64,000 nucleotides of DNA from Eledone cirrhosa (taxonomy: Eukaryota), in assembly GCA_964016885.1 (NCBI GenBank), contig OZ024742.1, positions 265,236,001 through 265,300,000 on the forward strand, in the 5' to 3' direction. The notes under the pieces were generated by a model that was not told where the DNA came from, did not search any database, and was given only the letters and a program-made list of their open reading frames with translations. Below are positions 1-14,073 of the stretch, one piece after another. Every line of letters begins with the position of its first letter. The stretch's first letter is position 1. A program made the translations under genes and the position numbers.

Positions 1-345
1 AATGGATACTAGAACATTATTCATCAAAAGAATCCTAAAGTGAGAATATTTGAAAAGCTGTATATATGGACCAGCGTGGTATATCTTTTATATCATATAT
101 TTTATCAGCATTTGCAATGATACATTTCCGATGGCGTACTCACGATTATGCTGATGGAAGTTTTAAAACTTGGTTAAAAGTTAAAGCTGGAAATGTTTTA
201 ATAATGTCTTCCAGTGTCATGGTTCTAATGAATAACGTCAGTCAGGATAATTTAATAGATTTTCTATAGAAACGTAATGTCATTTCAACAAATAGGAATT
301 ATGTACAAAAAATAGTTTTATCAAGATAATCATAATCTCCATCTC

Positions 346-512
<167 letters not shown>

Positions 513-780
513 GAAAAATTATTAGGAAATACATAAGGAAACGCAATCGGTGGGAAGACACTAACCTGTAGTTATGGCATTAATAGTTCATTTATTTCAT
601 TTTAGTCTCAAATATATAAGGCCGTGAAACAATTGTAGAAAGTTATAAGGAAATAAAGAAAATACATCACATACATTATTATTGTAATAATTACATTCCC
701 CATGCATGCCCCAACTAAATATGATTTGCATATATCTAATGGAGCACGCCTGAGAAGGAGAGGTTATATCACCATTTCCG

Positions 781-859
<79 letters not shown>

Positions 860-861
860 AT

Positions 862-2512
862 TAAAATAACAGATTAAAGTTTAAGCAAAGAATCGCTGCT
901 TTCACCCACAACGGGATCTTCTGCCTGTTTCTCCCCACTTTACCCCGAAGGATCCCAAACCTAATTTCGCTAACAACCCTTCTATTCGGCTAATTAACTC
1001 TTCGAAGTCTGATTTAGCTTTAGTAAAAGGATTTTAGATAGAATTATACCCGAAATTAGAAGCTTGGCCCCTCTTGCACTGTGGAATAATTCTTTCGCGG
1101 GATAGACTGGTTCAATGGCATATGCAACAAGGAACATTGCCGTTTTATCCATTTCGACATCAATAATTACTACTCCTCCATCACTTCACCACTTCTTCTT
1201 AGAGCTATCAATTTCGCTAAATCGCTCACGGTGGTTAAGGATTTCGAAGGATGTCATCCTCAATGCCCGTAAGTCGGTGATTAATTTCGACGACTCTATT
1301 TAGATTAAAAAAATCTAATAGCACTCCATTCGACGTGAGTATGGGCGCTAGCGATTCGGCGGAGGTTACAGATCTTATCGGCGTTTTCCTTCTTTTCTCT
1401 ATCAAGGAAGAATTCCCTAATATGGGTCGTTGTTTGTACCGCGATGACGGTCTTTTGACCATGACAAAGTGCGGTCCCGGCGCTTGCGAAAGGTTTAGAA
1501 AAGAACCCACAGCCTTCTGTAAAGGCTTCAACCTCACCATACAGGTTGAGGCAAACCTTTCGGTCGTAAGCTACCTCGACGTTACCCTCAAATTGTCGAA
1601 TGGCTTGCACTACCCGTATAGAATGCTGAATGATACGCTTAATTATATCAGTAAGCATTCTAACCATCCTGCCAGCATAACCAAGAACCTGGTAAGAAAC
1701 GTTTCTATCTACAAACGAGTATATTTTCACCGACCATTCCACATAATACAATGAAGCTCGATCGGAGTGGATTTGTCGATAAGGTAACATATACTAAGTA
1801 TGAGCATAAACCTAGGAAAAATAGATCCCGACGCATTATATGGTATAACCTACCCTATAATATGGCGGCGGCCACACCATTAGCTAAGATCTTTCTCTCC
1901 CTTATTAAGAAGCATTTCTCCTCAGCACATAAATATAACATTTTAAAAAATAGAAATACCATTAAAATATCTTACTCCACGACTCCTAACTTTGCACATA
2001 ACATCACTGCTTCAAATTTAGTTAAATTACCTAGCCGTAGGAACACGTGCAACCCTGTAGCTAGTACTAACTGTAATTGAAGGAATCGGGTTGACTGCCC
2101 TCTATCCGGGAAATGCCTCTCCAGTAACATCTTCTACAAATGTAAGGTCGAAACACCCACATCTAGTAGGGCCTACATAGGGTTAACCGCCAATAGATTC
2201 AAGCAGCGTCTTTACATGCACACTCATTCTTTTCTTAACCCTTTAAGAAGGAATATGACGTCACTTTCTGCTTATATTTGGAGTATAAAAGACAACCACA
2301 CCCAATATAGGTTACACTGGGAGATCCTAGCTGAGGCTAGATCGTATAACGGAAATAAAAGACCATGTAATCTTTGCGCTGCTGAAGCTCTGGAAATACT
2401 CTACGCCAATGATCACATCTTAATCAAAACATCTGAGGCAATTTCGGCTTGTAAACACAAATTGTATAAAACTTCCTATATTACTGCCCCCACATTATAC
2501 CCTAACGGATAG
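862..2512 (+). mobile_element. Penelope-like retroelement (RT + GIY-YIG), 5'-truncated and frameshifted, Hydra-clade-like; TG/TA-rich 3' UTR continues to about 3475
   Basis: RT motifs across frames: KD.KPNF.NNPS.RLIN.SKS, FDINNYYS, FDVSMGASDSAEVTDLIG, LYRDDGL, YLDVTL. Then IIWYNLPY, CN*...CPLSGKCL, YIGLTANRFKQR and CNLCAAE. Starts next to (CA)n(TA)n. Confidence 0.92.
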
Positions 2513-3877
2513 TACGAACAATACGCGGATAATTTACGTCTTGATGTGGTAGCTAAGTATATTTTATGTTTATACCATTACTTATTTGTATAGGTAAGTA
2601 TACCTTACCCGTATGTTTTGTGGAGGTACGTATACTTTCTCGTACGTATATATGCCTGTATTTGTTATAGGTGTATTTATTATATTATATATACTGGTAT
2701 ATGTGTATATGGTTATGTGCATATATGTATTTTGTGTTTGTGTGTGTATGCGTGTATGCGTGTATGCGTGTTTGCAGGTATGTAAGATGTGTATATGTGT
2801 ACATTGAGTTTTAGTATACGTACGTTTGGTGAACATATGTGTATTTACCTGTAGGTATGTGTGTGTGTGTGTGTGTTATACACGTATTTATGTGTGTATA
2901 TTTATATACGTTTATATAATTATATGTATACACACACACATATATTTTGTTTATGTGTATTTGATGTATACATTCGTATGTGTGCGGGTACATGTGTCGC
3001 GCGGGTTTATGTATGTGTGCGCGTGCTTATGGGTACGCGCATGTATATGCATGCATGGCGGATGTTTTCGCGTATGTACGTGTATGTACGTATATAGATG
3101 TGTGTATGTATATATTTAATTTTTATTACTTCATGATTTTAATAACCTCTGTCATTTTCGTTCTATTAATTTATTTACATTATTCTTAACTCTGAAGCCG
3201 AGAATCATTCGGTTTCCTAAATAGAATATTAGTCTACGACTCCATTTATACATCTCCATTTATACATCTTTGCGTGTAATTGTTCTCAACGATCCACATA
3301 ACGATGTATTATGTTCGCTTTTTTTCCGTTCATTGCCAGGGAACGTCTTCCTGTTTTCTTTTGGTTGCAACGTTTTTCGAAATATTTACTTCTTCGTTCA
3401 CAGACTGATTTTTTTAGTTTCAGTAGATTCCGTTAAGCAGCGATTCTTTGCTTAAACTTTAATCTGTTATTTTAATATATATATATAGTAAGAGAAAGAG
3501 ATAGCTATAGATAGAGGAATATGCAAATTCGTTATCTCTGTAAAATGTCAAGTGATATGCTTATGTGTGTGTTATTCAATCAAATTTGAAGTCCTTATTT
3601 CAGCATATCAACTTATGTATACAAAATGTTCGTTACCTTTTTTCTTGAGCAGAATGAATTTTTATAAAATATCTGTATTCAATATAATACTAATATCGTG
3701 ATCGGTTATGGTAATGTATGTTTCTCTAAATTCCAAGAAAAGACTTTTAAGAATGGATGAATAGAATTATACAATATTAAACTAGATATATCAGCCCTTC
3801 TATATTATTAAGCCAATTGATATTTGCACTGATACAATTCTATTTTGTAAGGTGTGTTGCGATTTATTTTTGTATTA

Positions 3878-4030
3878 AGGCGGCGAATTGACAGAGTTGT
3901 TAGTCGGCTAGAATGGCTTGCGGTATTCGTTCCGGCTCTCTGTTTTCAGTTCCAAACCTACTGAGGTGAACTTTGCTTTTCACACTTTTGAGGTCGAGTA
4001 AAAATATCAGTCCAGTATTGGGGTCGATTC
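3878..4030 (+). mobile_element. Degenerate tRNA-head SINE
   Basis: ggcggcgaattg head and ...gaggtgaactttgcttttca...gaggtcga...aaa body, matching the other SINE copies. Confidence 0.65.
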
Positions 4031-5084
4031 TTCTATCTGTCTTTCTCACTTCCACACAATCTCACTCTCTCTCCCTTTCTCAGACCCGGAGAGGTGTTGA
4101 GCTCCACCAGGTTTAAAAAGCCCAAGACCCTCCGGTGCCTTTATGACACTATCAGGATTATGAGTCCATAAATACATTTTTTAATTGTATTTTTGTATTT
4201 TGGAATAGTTCAGTAGTTGTCTCTGTGATCCTTTTTTTTAATTTTCAGTAAGATTTTCCTTAATTGAGATGCTCAGTTAAATCTGTTACATTTAAATGTG
4301 TGACCAAGGAGTTCGACACGCAGTCATTAAATGTGCTGTGTGTATTTAACCTTGTTTTCTTGTATGTGCAATTCATGGCTACTATCTTTCTAGATGTCAG
4401 GCTGAATAGTTTAAATAAGTCATAAATCTAATATGAGTTGATGGTCGTTATCTTCCCGCATATCATGAAGCACAAGGAGGAAATTATCTTTTCTTCTTAT
4501 TGGCATATTCAAAGCACTACAAAAGAAATTTAATTCACAGTTCAAAAGGGATTAACTTGTAAATACTTAAGGAACTAAGCTCGTTGAAAATTGAACCCTT
4601 GACATGTCATACATTCAAATTGAATCCTAATGAAGATTGTGGATACGTATAGATCCAATTTGTTATAACATGTTTTGGGGGAAGAAAAAATAAAACCAAA
4701 AAAAAATTGAACAAAGGAAGAGTAGAAGGAAAACGGTATATAGTTACAGGGTGAGAAATATGCAAAATGTGCTCTGTAAATGGAACAACGCATACTCCAG
4801 ATTTCTACAGTTAAGCACTCATTATCCCACCCGAATAAACACAATGTCTAACTTTACGCACTAAGTATTATTACATAAGATGAATTCATCTTTATGTTTA
4901 CATTTTACAACGCTTCCAAATTAACGATTAAGAGGTTATCACCATTGATCCATGGAAATACCCAAGAGTTCTCTATTGGATTGAGAGAATGCGCATTCAA
5001 GAATAGAATATATAATATATATACATGTGTGTGCGTGCATGGATACTCACATGCACTCCCCCCACCCCACACACATATACATAC

Positions 5085-5124
<40 letters not shown>

Positions 5125-5306
5125 ATATATATATGTGTGTGTGTTATGCAAGGAGATAAATCAGCTAAACATTCTGTATGAAATTTCTGCAATTATCCAC
5201 GCAGTCCTGACATGTATATAATAGAGTATATTCGTGATGCTTCAGCAAACACATACCGATACACACTCACGCACGCACACACACGCACGCGCGCGCACAC
5301 ACGCAC

Positions 5307-5396
<90 letters not shown>

Positions 5397-5459
5397 TTAT
5401 ACGCATACACATGCACATGCATGGACACACACATACACACACACATATATGTATATATG

Positions 5460-5493
<34 letters not shown>

Positions 5494-6113
5494 CACGGGA
5501 GCTAATAGTTATGATGTTAAATTCGCTATCTAAATATTATAGATTCGATAGTTGTACCTGTTGGTGAGTTTTGTTCTTGGACAAGATGTTTTATTTTGCA
5601 TTACCTCAGCCCGTTTAGCAACAAAAAATTGTAGAAGCAGAAGCAGCTGGGAGTTGACCCCTACAACTGACTGGTATTCATTACATTGATGATTTTTTTT
5701 AAACAGATAAGAAACCTGGTAATAGGTGGAACCTCATAGGACAGATAAACCTGCATTGGCATGAGTTGAAGCAAGATCAACAACGTGCACACACGCGCGC
5801 GCACACAGACACACAGACACACAGACACACATACACACGGTAATGGTCGGGGTTATTTGGTTCATTGGACAAGAAAACAAAACACAAATGTACATATCGA
5901 TACAGAGGAGTAAGCAGGGAAAACGTGACAAGCACGCTGTAGGAGGGTAACATACACACGCACAAACCAGAAACATATAGAGGCAGTCGTAACCATGTGG
6001 TCTCGGGTTTAGTACCACTGCATGGCCTCTTCGGTAAATGTAAGATACGTCTACACATGGGTCGACATATACCCTGTGACTGAAATTTAGTAGACACAAA
6101 CTGCTCTGAGGCC

Positions 6114-6248
<135 letters not shown>

Positions 6249-6348
6249 TGTATATATAGTGTATTTTGCAATACACTGTATGCTTAATTAAAAGCATTTT
6301 GAAGACCATACGCTATTGTTTTAAAGTAGTGACAATGTCACTTGCTTA

Positions 6349-6444
6349 AATTTTCAGCAAACAGGAGAGATAAACTGACAGAGCTCTGTTTTGTACTTGT
6401 TGGTACTTATCAAAGCTCACTAGTCTCCCTGTTTGCTGGAAATT
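6349..6444. other. ~96-nt imperfect hairpin
   Basis: aattttcagcaaacagg pairs with cctgtttgctggaaatt; inner gaga/tctc, gagct/agctc and gtac/gtac pairs. Confidence 0.7.
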
Positions 6445-6535
6445 ATGTCTGTTGGGTACTTATAGAATTCCAGTAATAATCAGGAACTGATTATACGGAG
6501 CAGTCGCATACACACACACGCACACACACACACAC

Positions 6536-6601
<66 letters not shown>

Positions 6602-6702
6602 GCGTGTGTGTGTGTGCGTATGAGTTGGGTCTTACCAATGAAACGCACTGATTAAAAATACTTTAATTCCTTGTGTCACAATAGCTTCTCCGTAAATTAA
6701 TG

Positions 6703-6734
<32 letters not shown>

Positions 6735-7175
6735 TTATTTATATATGTATGTATATGTATCGGGAATCTACCGTCGATATCGCCGTTATAAGTGTCGAGT
6801 TGTTCGAGCAAATAAACTATTTAATAGATACTGGATGAAATAACGTACAAAGTGGCTAACACCTGTATTGATAACGTGGTTTTCAAGTGGAATCAGCTTG
6901 ACTCAGTGTAAGTATGCTGACCATTTAATCACAGGTGCACTCAAGGGAAGGGGTTTCTGCACACTTTATGTCAACCTAATTCCACTGAACAACTTTTGGC
7001 TGAGCTGATTCTACATTATAAACGACACTTACCGAAAATTCCATGTACTGAGATCGAACGCGGGAACTCATGTTTCCGAAAGACCCACTTAATTATTTAT
7101 CCACACCTGCGTCCATAGATTTGTACAGGCCCACGCACACACACGCACACAAACACAAACACGCACACACGCATG

Positions 7176-7223
<48 letters not shown>

Positions 7224-7413
7224 TAACATGAAACGGTATGTTTACTTTGATATAAACGTATATATATATATATAACACAAACACACGGCAAATTTTAGGT
7301 ATGTGCACGTGCATAAACAGAAATCTTTCATTCAACCATGAATATTTTTATGGCTTTGCACATGTCGATATATTTTAAGAAAAATACAGTATAATATATA
7401 ATATAATATAACA

Positions 7414-7458
<45 letters not shown>

Positions 7459-7502
7459 CACATGTGTGTGTGTATATATAAATATACGTATATATATGTA
7501 AT

Positions 7503-7560
<58 letters not shown>

Positions 7561-7784
7561 TAATTATATATATATATACATATATTTATACATACACACA
7601 CATGTGTATATATACATATATATCTATATATACATATATATATACACACACACGTGATGATACAAATTTAAGTGGGTCTGTACAGTGGTACATTATATTA
7701 TCACACCTGCACACAAATATGTATACAATATCTATTGTATATTGTACACTGACACATACACTTACATGCATACCTTCCTGCCTA

Positions 7785-7835
7785 CCTACTTACATACATA
7801 CACACATATACATACACACATACATATATACACAC

Positions 7836-7868
<33 letters not shown>

Positions 7869-8030
7869 CACACATACACACACATACATACATACATACA
7901 TACATACATACATACATACATACATACATACATACACACATACACACACATACACACATACACACATACATACATACACACACACATACATACATACATA
8001 CATACATACATACATACATACATACATACA

Positions 8031-8060
<30 letters not shown>
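7785..8060. repeat. (CATA)n/(CA)n microsatellite mosaic
   Basis: Direct reading. Confidence 0.95.
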
Positions 8061-8061
<1 letters not shown>

Positions 8062-8202
8062 GTGTAGGTGTTAGTGTGCGTGTGTTTATAATTATGTGTG
8101 TAACTTAAAATGTAGAAAAACATATCTGGAAAGACTTCCATTTGTGTATGCACGTGTGTTCGTGTGTTTGCCGCTGTGATTAATAGGCAAACAGCCCCAC
8201 AC

Positions 8203-8254
<52 letters not shown>

Positions 8255-9877
8255 ACGTGTTAATAATCATTCATCTACATGGATACACACACATATATAT
8301 GAAACAAATATGTATTCTAAAAATATATTTTGTTTATGAATATGCGAATATAAATGTAAAAACATTTATATATTCTTATGAATATTTATGTGTATATGTG
8401 TGTATGTCTTTATGTGTATATGTGTTACTGTGTGTTTCTGTTTATATATACACACACCTCTTGTATAATGTTGGGTATGTTTGTGCTGGTTGAAGCTGAA
8501 ATGACAGCTAACTCAACAGTCACCATCTGGTCAGTGTATATACAATTACTGCAGTTTATTACTTTCGTTCATTGAAGCAGAAACTTGTTTTGAGAAACAT
8601 TCTCTTGTACAGGTGGTTTTCCCGGATGTTTTCCAAGAATTCTGTCAAGATGTAGATGTTAACAATTTTGTCTTTAGAAAATTATATTTCATGAAAACCT
8701 TGTACAAAGGAAATTTCTGTCTGGTCTTGAAGGTCATAATTGCGCATGATTTATCTCGAAGGATCACGACGGAGATGCGCAGAAAACGCCAGTTTTTTTT
8801 TATGGGGCATATTTTTTTATGATTATCTCCATCCCGTTCAAACTGAGTTGCAGGGGAGTTCGAGGGTTCCAGAATGCCGGCGAGTAGTCGGTACTTCATC
8901 TACTAATGATCCTCAACCTGTCAGTCAGCAAATTCTCCGTCTGTTGCCAGGTTGACGCTATGAAAATATCGTTACGGGTCACATCACTGTTTTTGGACTT
9001 GCCGTATCTGGCTGGAAGGTTTGTGATGCTACCCAGTCTTTTGCCTGCTATAGTTGCTGTGTTCAAACCGTGTTTAAGATATTGATTAGAGCAGCATGCC
9101 GAGAGAAGCAACCGGCATTGAGTCGGTATGAGAAAAACTGTTGACAAGCCACTGCATTTGTCTTGCTCACAGACCCAAAATCAAGCCCTAAGTGAAACAC
9201 CAATTTGGAGACTGTCCTTATAGAATGACAGTCGATATAGATTGTACAAATATATCATAAGGGAATTTGTCCGTCTGTTTTCCAACAAATGTTTCAAATT
9301 ATAGATTGTTCAAATAATTCAAACGTTGAATATATTTCGGGCCATGGAGAAGAAAACGTGATAAACCTTTCGGATGTTGGACCTTCGGAGAAAGAGAAAA
9401 CGCACATATAGTTTCTCTAGACAGCAAAATGTATTATCCGTTCGCTCCAGAAGGTGATAAGCGTCCGATACGTCGTATATCTTTTCTTTATCACGATATA
9501 AAACATGCTAATGTTTCTGATTTGTTTCTGTGTTTCGAGAGGATGGGAAGGCCTCCCAGACTTGCGGGAGGAAGGTTATCTTTAAACTGTGTTTTCAAGC
9601 AACCTAAAACATGTAACAGTGAGGACTTTGCTAAAGGCACACAAGGGCTAAGTAACACTTTTAAACCGGATGCCGTATTAATTCTACCTCCCAAGAAGGC
9701 CGCAGTGAGACTTTAACTCAGAAAACAAAGAGCCGGAGAAACTACAAGGAATCTCGTCCAACGTTTTAACGATTACACCAATCCAGTCCGAGAATGAAAT
9801 AAGAGATATGTACTGGGGTCAATTTTATCGACTAACACCACCCGCAAATTCATGGGATTATGCCTAAATTTGAAATA

Positions 9878-10056
9878 ATTGTTTCTACTTTAGGCACAAG
9901 GCCAGCAATTACCCAGTGCATTACTGGTACTTTATTTTATCGACCCCGTAAGGATGAAAGGCAAAGTTAACCTCGGCGGGATTTGAACTCAGATCGTAAA
10001 GGGACGTAACTATGCTGGAAAGCATGGCGTCCGACCCTCTACCGATACTGCCAATT
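9878..10056 (-). mobile_element. tRNA-head SINE
   Basis: Minus strand has B-box gagttcaaatcc, the conserved body ttgcctttcatccttacggggtcgataaaataaagtaccag, and a tail ending gtagaaacaa. Confidence 0.88.
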
Positions 10057-11054
10057 AGGAAAAAAGAGGTATATAAGCATTTACTTGTGGGCTGAAAGGA
10101 GAGTATACAATCGGGTTGGAGCAGCAGGCAAAAAGTGAGATAGAAAAACAAAGAACCCTTGAGCGCACGCACAGTGTCATGCGTATATGCACACGCATAT
10201 ACACATACAAAAAGTGTTCGTTGAGAAAACAGTAAATGCGTATAGCATTTGCACATGGTTGCATTTTCTTTTAATCGTTCTTTTTCATGAATGGAAGAAA
10301 CATACCAGAATATATATATTCTCGATTTACATTTATCTCCTTTTTCTCAGATCTCTACAAATACTATATTTGTAGTGTGTAGTAAATTTATCGTTTTTTT
10401 TTCTTTTCCAATCTTAAGGGAGTTACGGGAATTTGACATGCTAACATATTTATATACTCAGTGTTTATATTGTAGATAGAGTTTATCGAATATTTGTAAT
10501 GTTTTAGGTGTAATAAATTCTGTTTATTTATATTTATACATTTATATTTATTTACCTACTCTTACCCACAGTGCTAAACGTATACTTCCACGTTTACCTG
10601 CCAAATGACGAGTAACACTCTACTATCTGTATGTTACATCTCAAAAAATGTTTCACAGTGTTGTTAATTACAGAAAATATAAAGAATTCTTATCAATTTT
10701 ATTATGGATTAACGCATTGTGTAAAGTTCCCATCTTTTAATGATTTTGAGAGATTTTGGCTAGTATTCCTAGCATATATTTAATTTTTTTCTTTTTAAAT
10801 CACACGACACAATACCAAACATTCGGATTTATCGAAGAATTCAATTCCTGGATAATACAGAATATAGTGGGAATTGAATTCTCCGAAAAATACGTTCGGA
10901 GTAGTTTTTCTAGATCTTGTCCATTTGTAAGTGAGCGAAACACGCGTCAATTGCTTAATAAATGTTGATCCTCTGATGTTGCCATATTCATGTTACTTAT
11001 TATATTTATATTATATTATATTGCACACACACACAACACGAACACATACAAAAA

Positions 11055-11123
<69 letters not shown>

Positions 11124-11214
11124 TAGAAGGGATATTTAGTTTGTTGGAAATCTAACAAATATAAATGTTTATAACTGATTCAGAGCACTCGACAAGTTTC
11201 TGGAGTAAATATTC

Positions 11215-11399
11215 AATGATATTAAATAAATGGAAACTATATTTATAAAACCATATTTATTCTATTATATATATTTCAAGGGTACCAAAAACTTTGGTAC
11301 GCTTTCATCAGATAGAGCGTACCAAAGTTTTGGTATCTTTGAAATATATATAATAGAATAAATATGGTTTTATAAATATAGTTTCCATTTATTTAATAT

Positions 11400-11403
<4 letters not shown>
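11215..11403. repeat. Fold-back inverted repeat (~90-bp arms) centred on a hammerhead
   Basis: aatgatattaaataaatggaaac...ggtacgct mirrored by agcgtacc...gtttccatttatttaatatcatt. Confidence 0.9.
11261..11316 (-). ncRNA. Type I hammerhead ribozyme
   Basis: Minus strand: tctat CTGATGA aagcgtaccaaa-gtt-tttggtaccctt GAAA tatat ATA ataga. Stem I tctat/ataga; palindromic stem III. Confidence 0.75.
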
Positions 11404-11437
<34 letters not shown>

Positions 11438-11453
11438 GTATACACACACACAA

Positions 11454-12020
11454 AGTATGTATGTATACGTATATACATATATGTATACAGACGTACAGTA
11501 GTATTTATATATATACATACATGCACACATATATATATGCACGTATCGGTTTACCGAACATTTATTATAATGCTCGGTTTGTTTGTTTGTAAACAAACAA
11601 ACAGCCCGAATTAGGCCGTACAGTGTTTAGGCAACCACGTCACCTTTTTGTTCAACACTGACTCAGGAACGATGTACTAGTTTCAAGCTTATTAGCTATC
11701 GTCAGCATCGTATACCTTCCTGCCAGATGGTTGAACGTCTGAAAGTATATACTTTCCTTATGCATATTAACGGCTGATCAGCCTAATTTGCATATCGAGT
11801 GAGTTTAGTCGGCCGGGCGGACCGAAAACGATAAATGGAATAGAATGAAACGAAATTTCATTTCTCACTCTTATTACGGCACTTACTTAAATATAAGTAT
11901 GTATGTATGTATACGTACATACAAACAAACCGATACGTGCATATATATATGTGTGCATGTATGTATATATATACATACTGCTGTACGTCTGTATACATAT
12001 ATGTATGTACGTATACATAC
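11454..12020. repeat. ~100-bp inverted repeats (11454-11552 / 11927-12020) flanking a hammerhead-containing spacer
   Basis: ...tacagacgtacag...tgcacgtatcggtt mirrored by aaccgatacgtgca...ctgtacgtctgta... Confidence 0.8.
11669..11711 (-). ncRNA. Minimal type I hammerhead ribozyme
   Basis: Minus strand: acgatg CTGACGA t-agct-aata-agct-t GAAAC ta GTA catcgt. 6-bp stem I; ACTAGT palindromic stem III. Confidence 0.85.
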
Positions 12021-12692
12021 CACGGAAATAATAACGACAGCATCACCAACAAGAACAATAATAACAACAATATTAACAACAACTGCAATAATAACCAGAG
12101 CACCAACAACATCAGCAACGATAAAAACAATACCAACAACAACGAAAAGCAAAAGAAGAGTGATAGGACAAATATGTCCGCCTGCAACATCAACAGCAAC
12201 AACAGCAACGTGAACAGCCACTCGTTCGCGACTGCAACAACCAAAACATTTTTCACGTGAACATTTTAGACAAGGAACATCAGTTGGCCAATACATTAAG
12301 GCAGATTAAGCGAGAAAAATCCTGAGCTAACCTAAACATCTTGGACGAAGCACAAGCAACAACGCAAAGGAGGACTTTGCATTATCGATGTATTTCAGTG
12401 CAGACTCGGAAAGAGGGACGCACCACCCAAGTGGAAGTTGAAGCTGCACTGAAATACATAAAAATTGACAAAGTACAAAACAAGGGCCAGATAGTTCGGC
12501 ACCATCTCGGTGCTGTTCAAAACCGAGGCCTTTGCTATTAAAAAATCGGTGGACCCCTGTAGAACGGACCACATTGTGATGTACCCGTCCCACATAGGCA
12601 GAAGGACTGCAAAGGTTCACATTCCTAGGATCCTGCCAGGACTGAACCTATGGTGGCTGCTGAGGTGCTAATGATGCGCAAACATGGGCTGC

Positions 12693-12948
12693 AGAAGAAG
12701 AAGAAACTTTGTGTACAAGCTTTACTTTTTCAGCATTACTCTACATTGTTCGAACAGTCTATGGTTACAGACCAAATGCTCATTTAATATCTGCAGATCC
12801 CAGTCTACTATAGAATTGCTGTTATACTTCTAATTTAGTCTCTAATATTACATATTTCTTATTGTTTGTATCCACATATAGTATTGTTGTACAAAATAAT
12901 AAATAAACTGGATAATTTTGTATCGGATAGGTTTCATATTAATGAGCC
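12693..12948. repeat. Left arm of a ~255-bp inverted duplication (partner 15364-15846)
   Basis: Reverse complement of 15364-15846 once the SINE there is removed. Confidence 0.9.
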
Positions 12949-13435
12949 TAAATGGTGAACAGGTGTGGCCGTCATTTGTGAGACAAGCCTTTCCGCAGCT
13001 CGTCTCTTTGACTGAGCTGCAGTCCTGGGTCAAGAAGAGACCGAGACTTGGCGCCTGGCATCTGGAATTTTGCCAGGCCCTCACTGCTCTCTACCAGGTT
13101 GGCAATGCGATCAGTGGAACTTCCACTGTCGGGTTGTATAAAATATTATTGGTGGGTAAGTGCGACGACGCACTCGGGGAGGCTCTGGACGTCGACGAAA
13201 TAAAACTGACCAGTCTATTCCGGAGGACTTTCTATCCGGGGACTATGGATAACTTCCAGAAATCCCTCGCTTTGTAGTGCTACCGGGGTGAGGTGGGGAG
13301 CACTGCTGGTTCGAGATAAACTCTACAGGCACGGAAGTGCTGTCAGACGGACCTGCCCGAGATGCGAGCAGAGCGACGAAACTGTTCTGCATGCACTCGT
13401 CCAGTGTCCCTGCATTACTGACATGTGGAGTTATG
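12949..13435 (+). mobile_element. L1/Tx1-like LINE ORF2 C-terminal fragment (zf-RVT-like)
   Basis: MDNFQKSLA..CYRG, RDKLYRHG, CPRC...ETVLHALVQC; homologous to 25390-26150. Confidence 0.75.
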
Positions 13436-13711
13436 TTGTGTCACAGTCAATTGCAGGGCAGGGTATGTCACTCATGTTGGTTTGCAGAAAGTCGACTGTA
13501 CTTTTGTCATAAATGAGTCTCGAACACTCTTTGCTTTTCTTAAGGCTTTATTTCTGAAGCAATGTCAAAAGAAGTTCTCAGCGCGTCTGTCCATGAGTAA
13601 GCCATTTACAAAGTGACGAAAGAGCTTCAACGTCTAGCGAAGAAGTGTTCCACAACAAAGGGAGATAAGGTGCGAGCGTGTACGAGTCGTATTCCTCTAA
13701 TATATATTTTA

Positions 13712-14073
13712 CTAGCTGCAGTTCCCGGTAATACCCGGGAATTGTGGTGTTATTCGAAGTTCCCAGAGTGAGCCTGAAAATGCTAGCGACCCTGGGTGCC
13801 CATACTGGATGTTCAATAGCAACCTTTGCTAGGTGCGTTTATGGCAGATCAAGCTGTTTAAATAAGTCCTTCTTCCATCCAGCTTTCCTCCTCCATTTTA
13901 AAGATGTCACCAGGGGTTCCATTATTGAGTTTTATTGAAATCCAATTAGCCAGTCCTGTTTCTGAATATTAGCTTAACTTGTGTGTAAAGTTTCATCAGG
14001 ATTGGATCTCTGGTGTAGGCGCCAACTGGTTATACACAGATACACAGACAAAAATTGTCATTTATGTAGCAGA
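13712..14073 (-). mobile_element. Non-autonomous Helitron-like element
   Basis: Minus strand starts A|TC and ends with the hairpin cccgggtattaccggg followed by CTAG|T; no TSD. Confidence 0.7.

Noticed and set aside
12030-12545. (AAC)n tract followed by possible LINE ORF1 N-terminus
   Set aside because: No diagnostic motif; fragmented.
13990-14002. tcatcag (CTGATGA on minus) inside the Helitron
   Set aside because: No stem II or cleavage triplet context.
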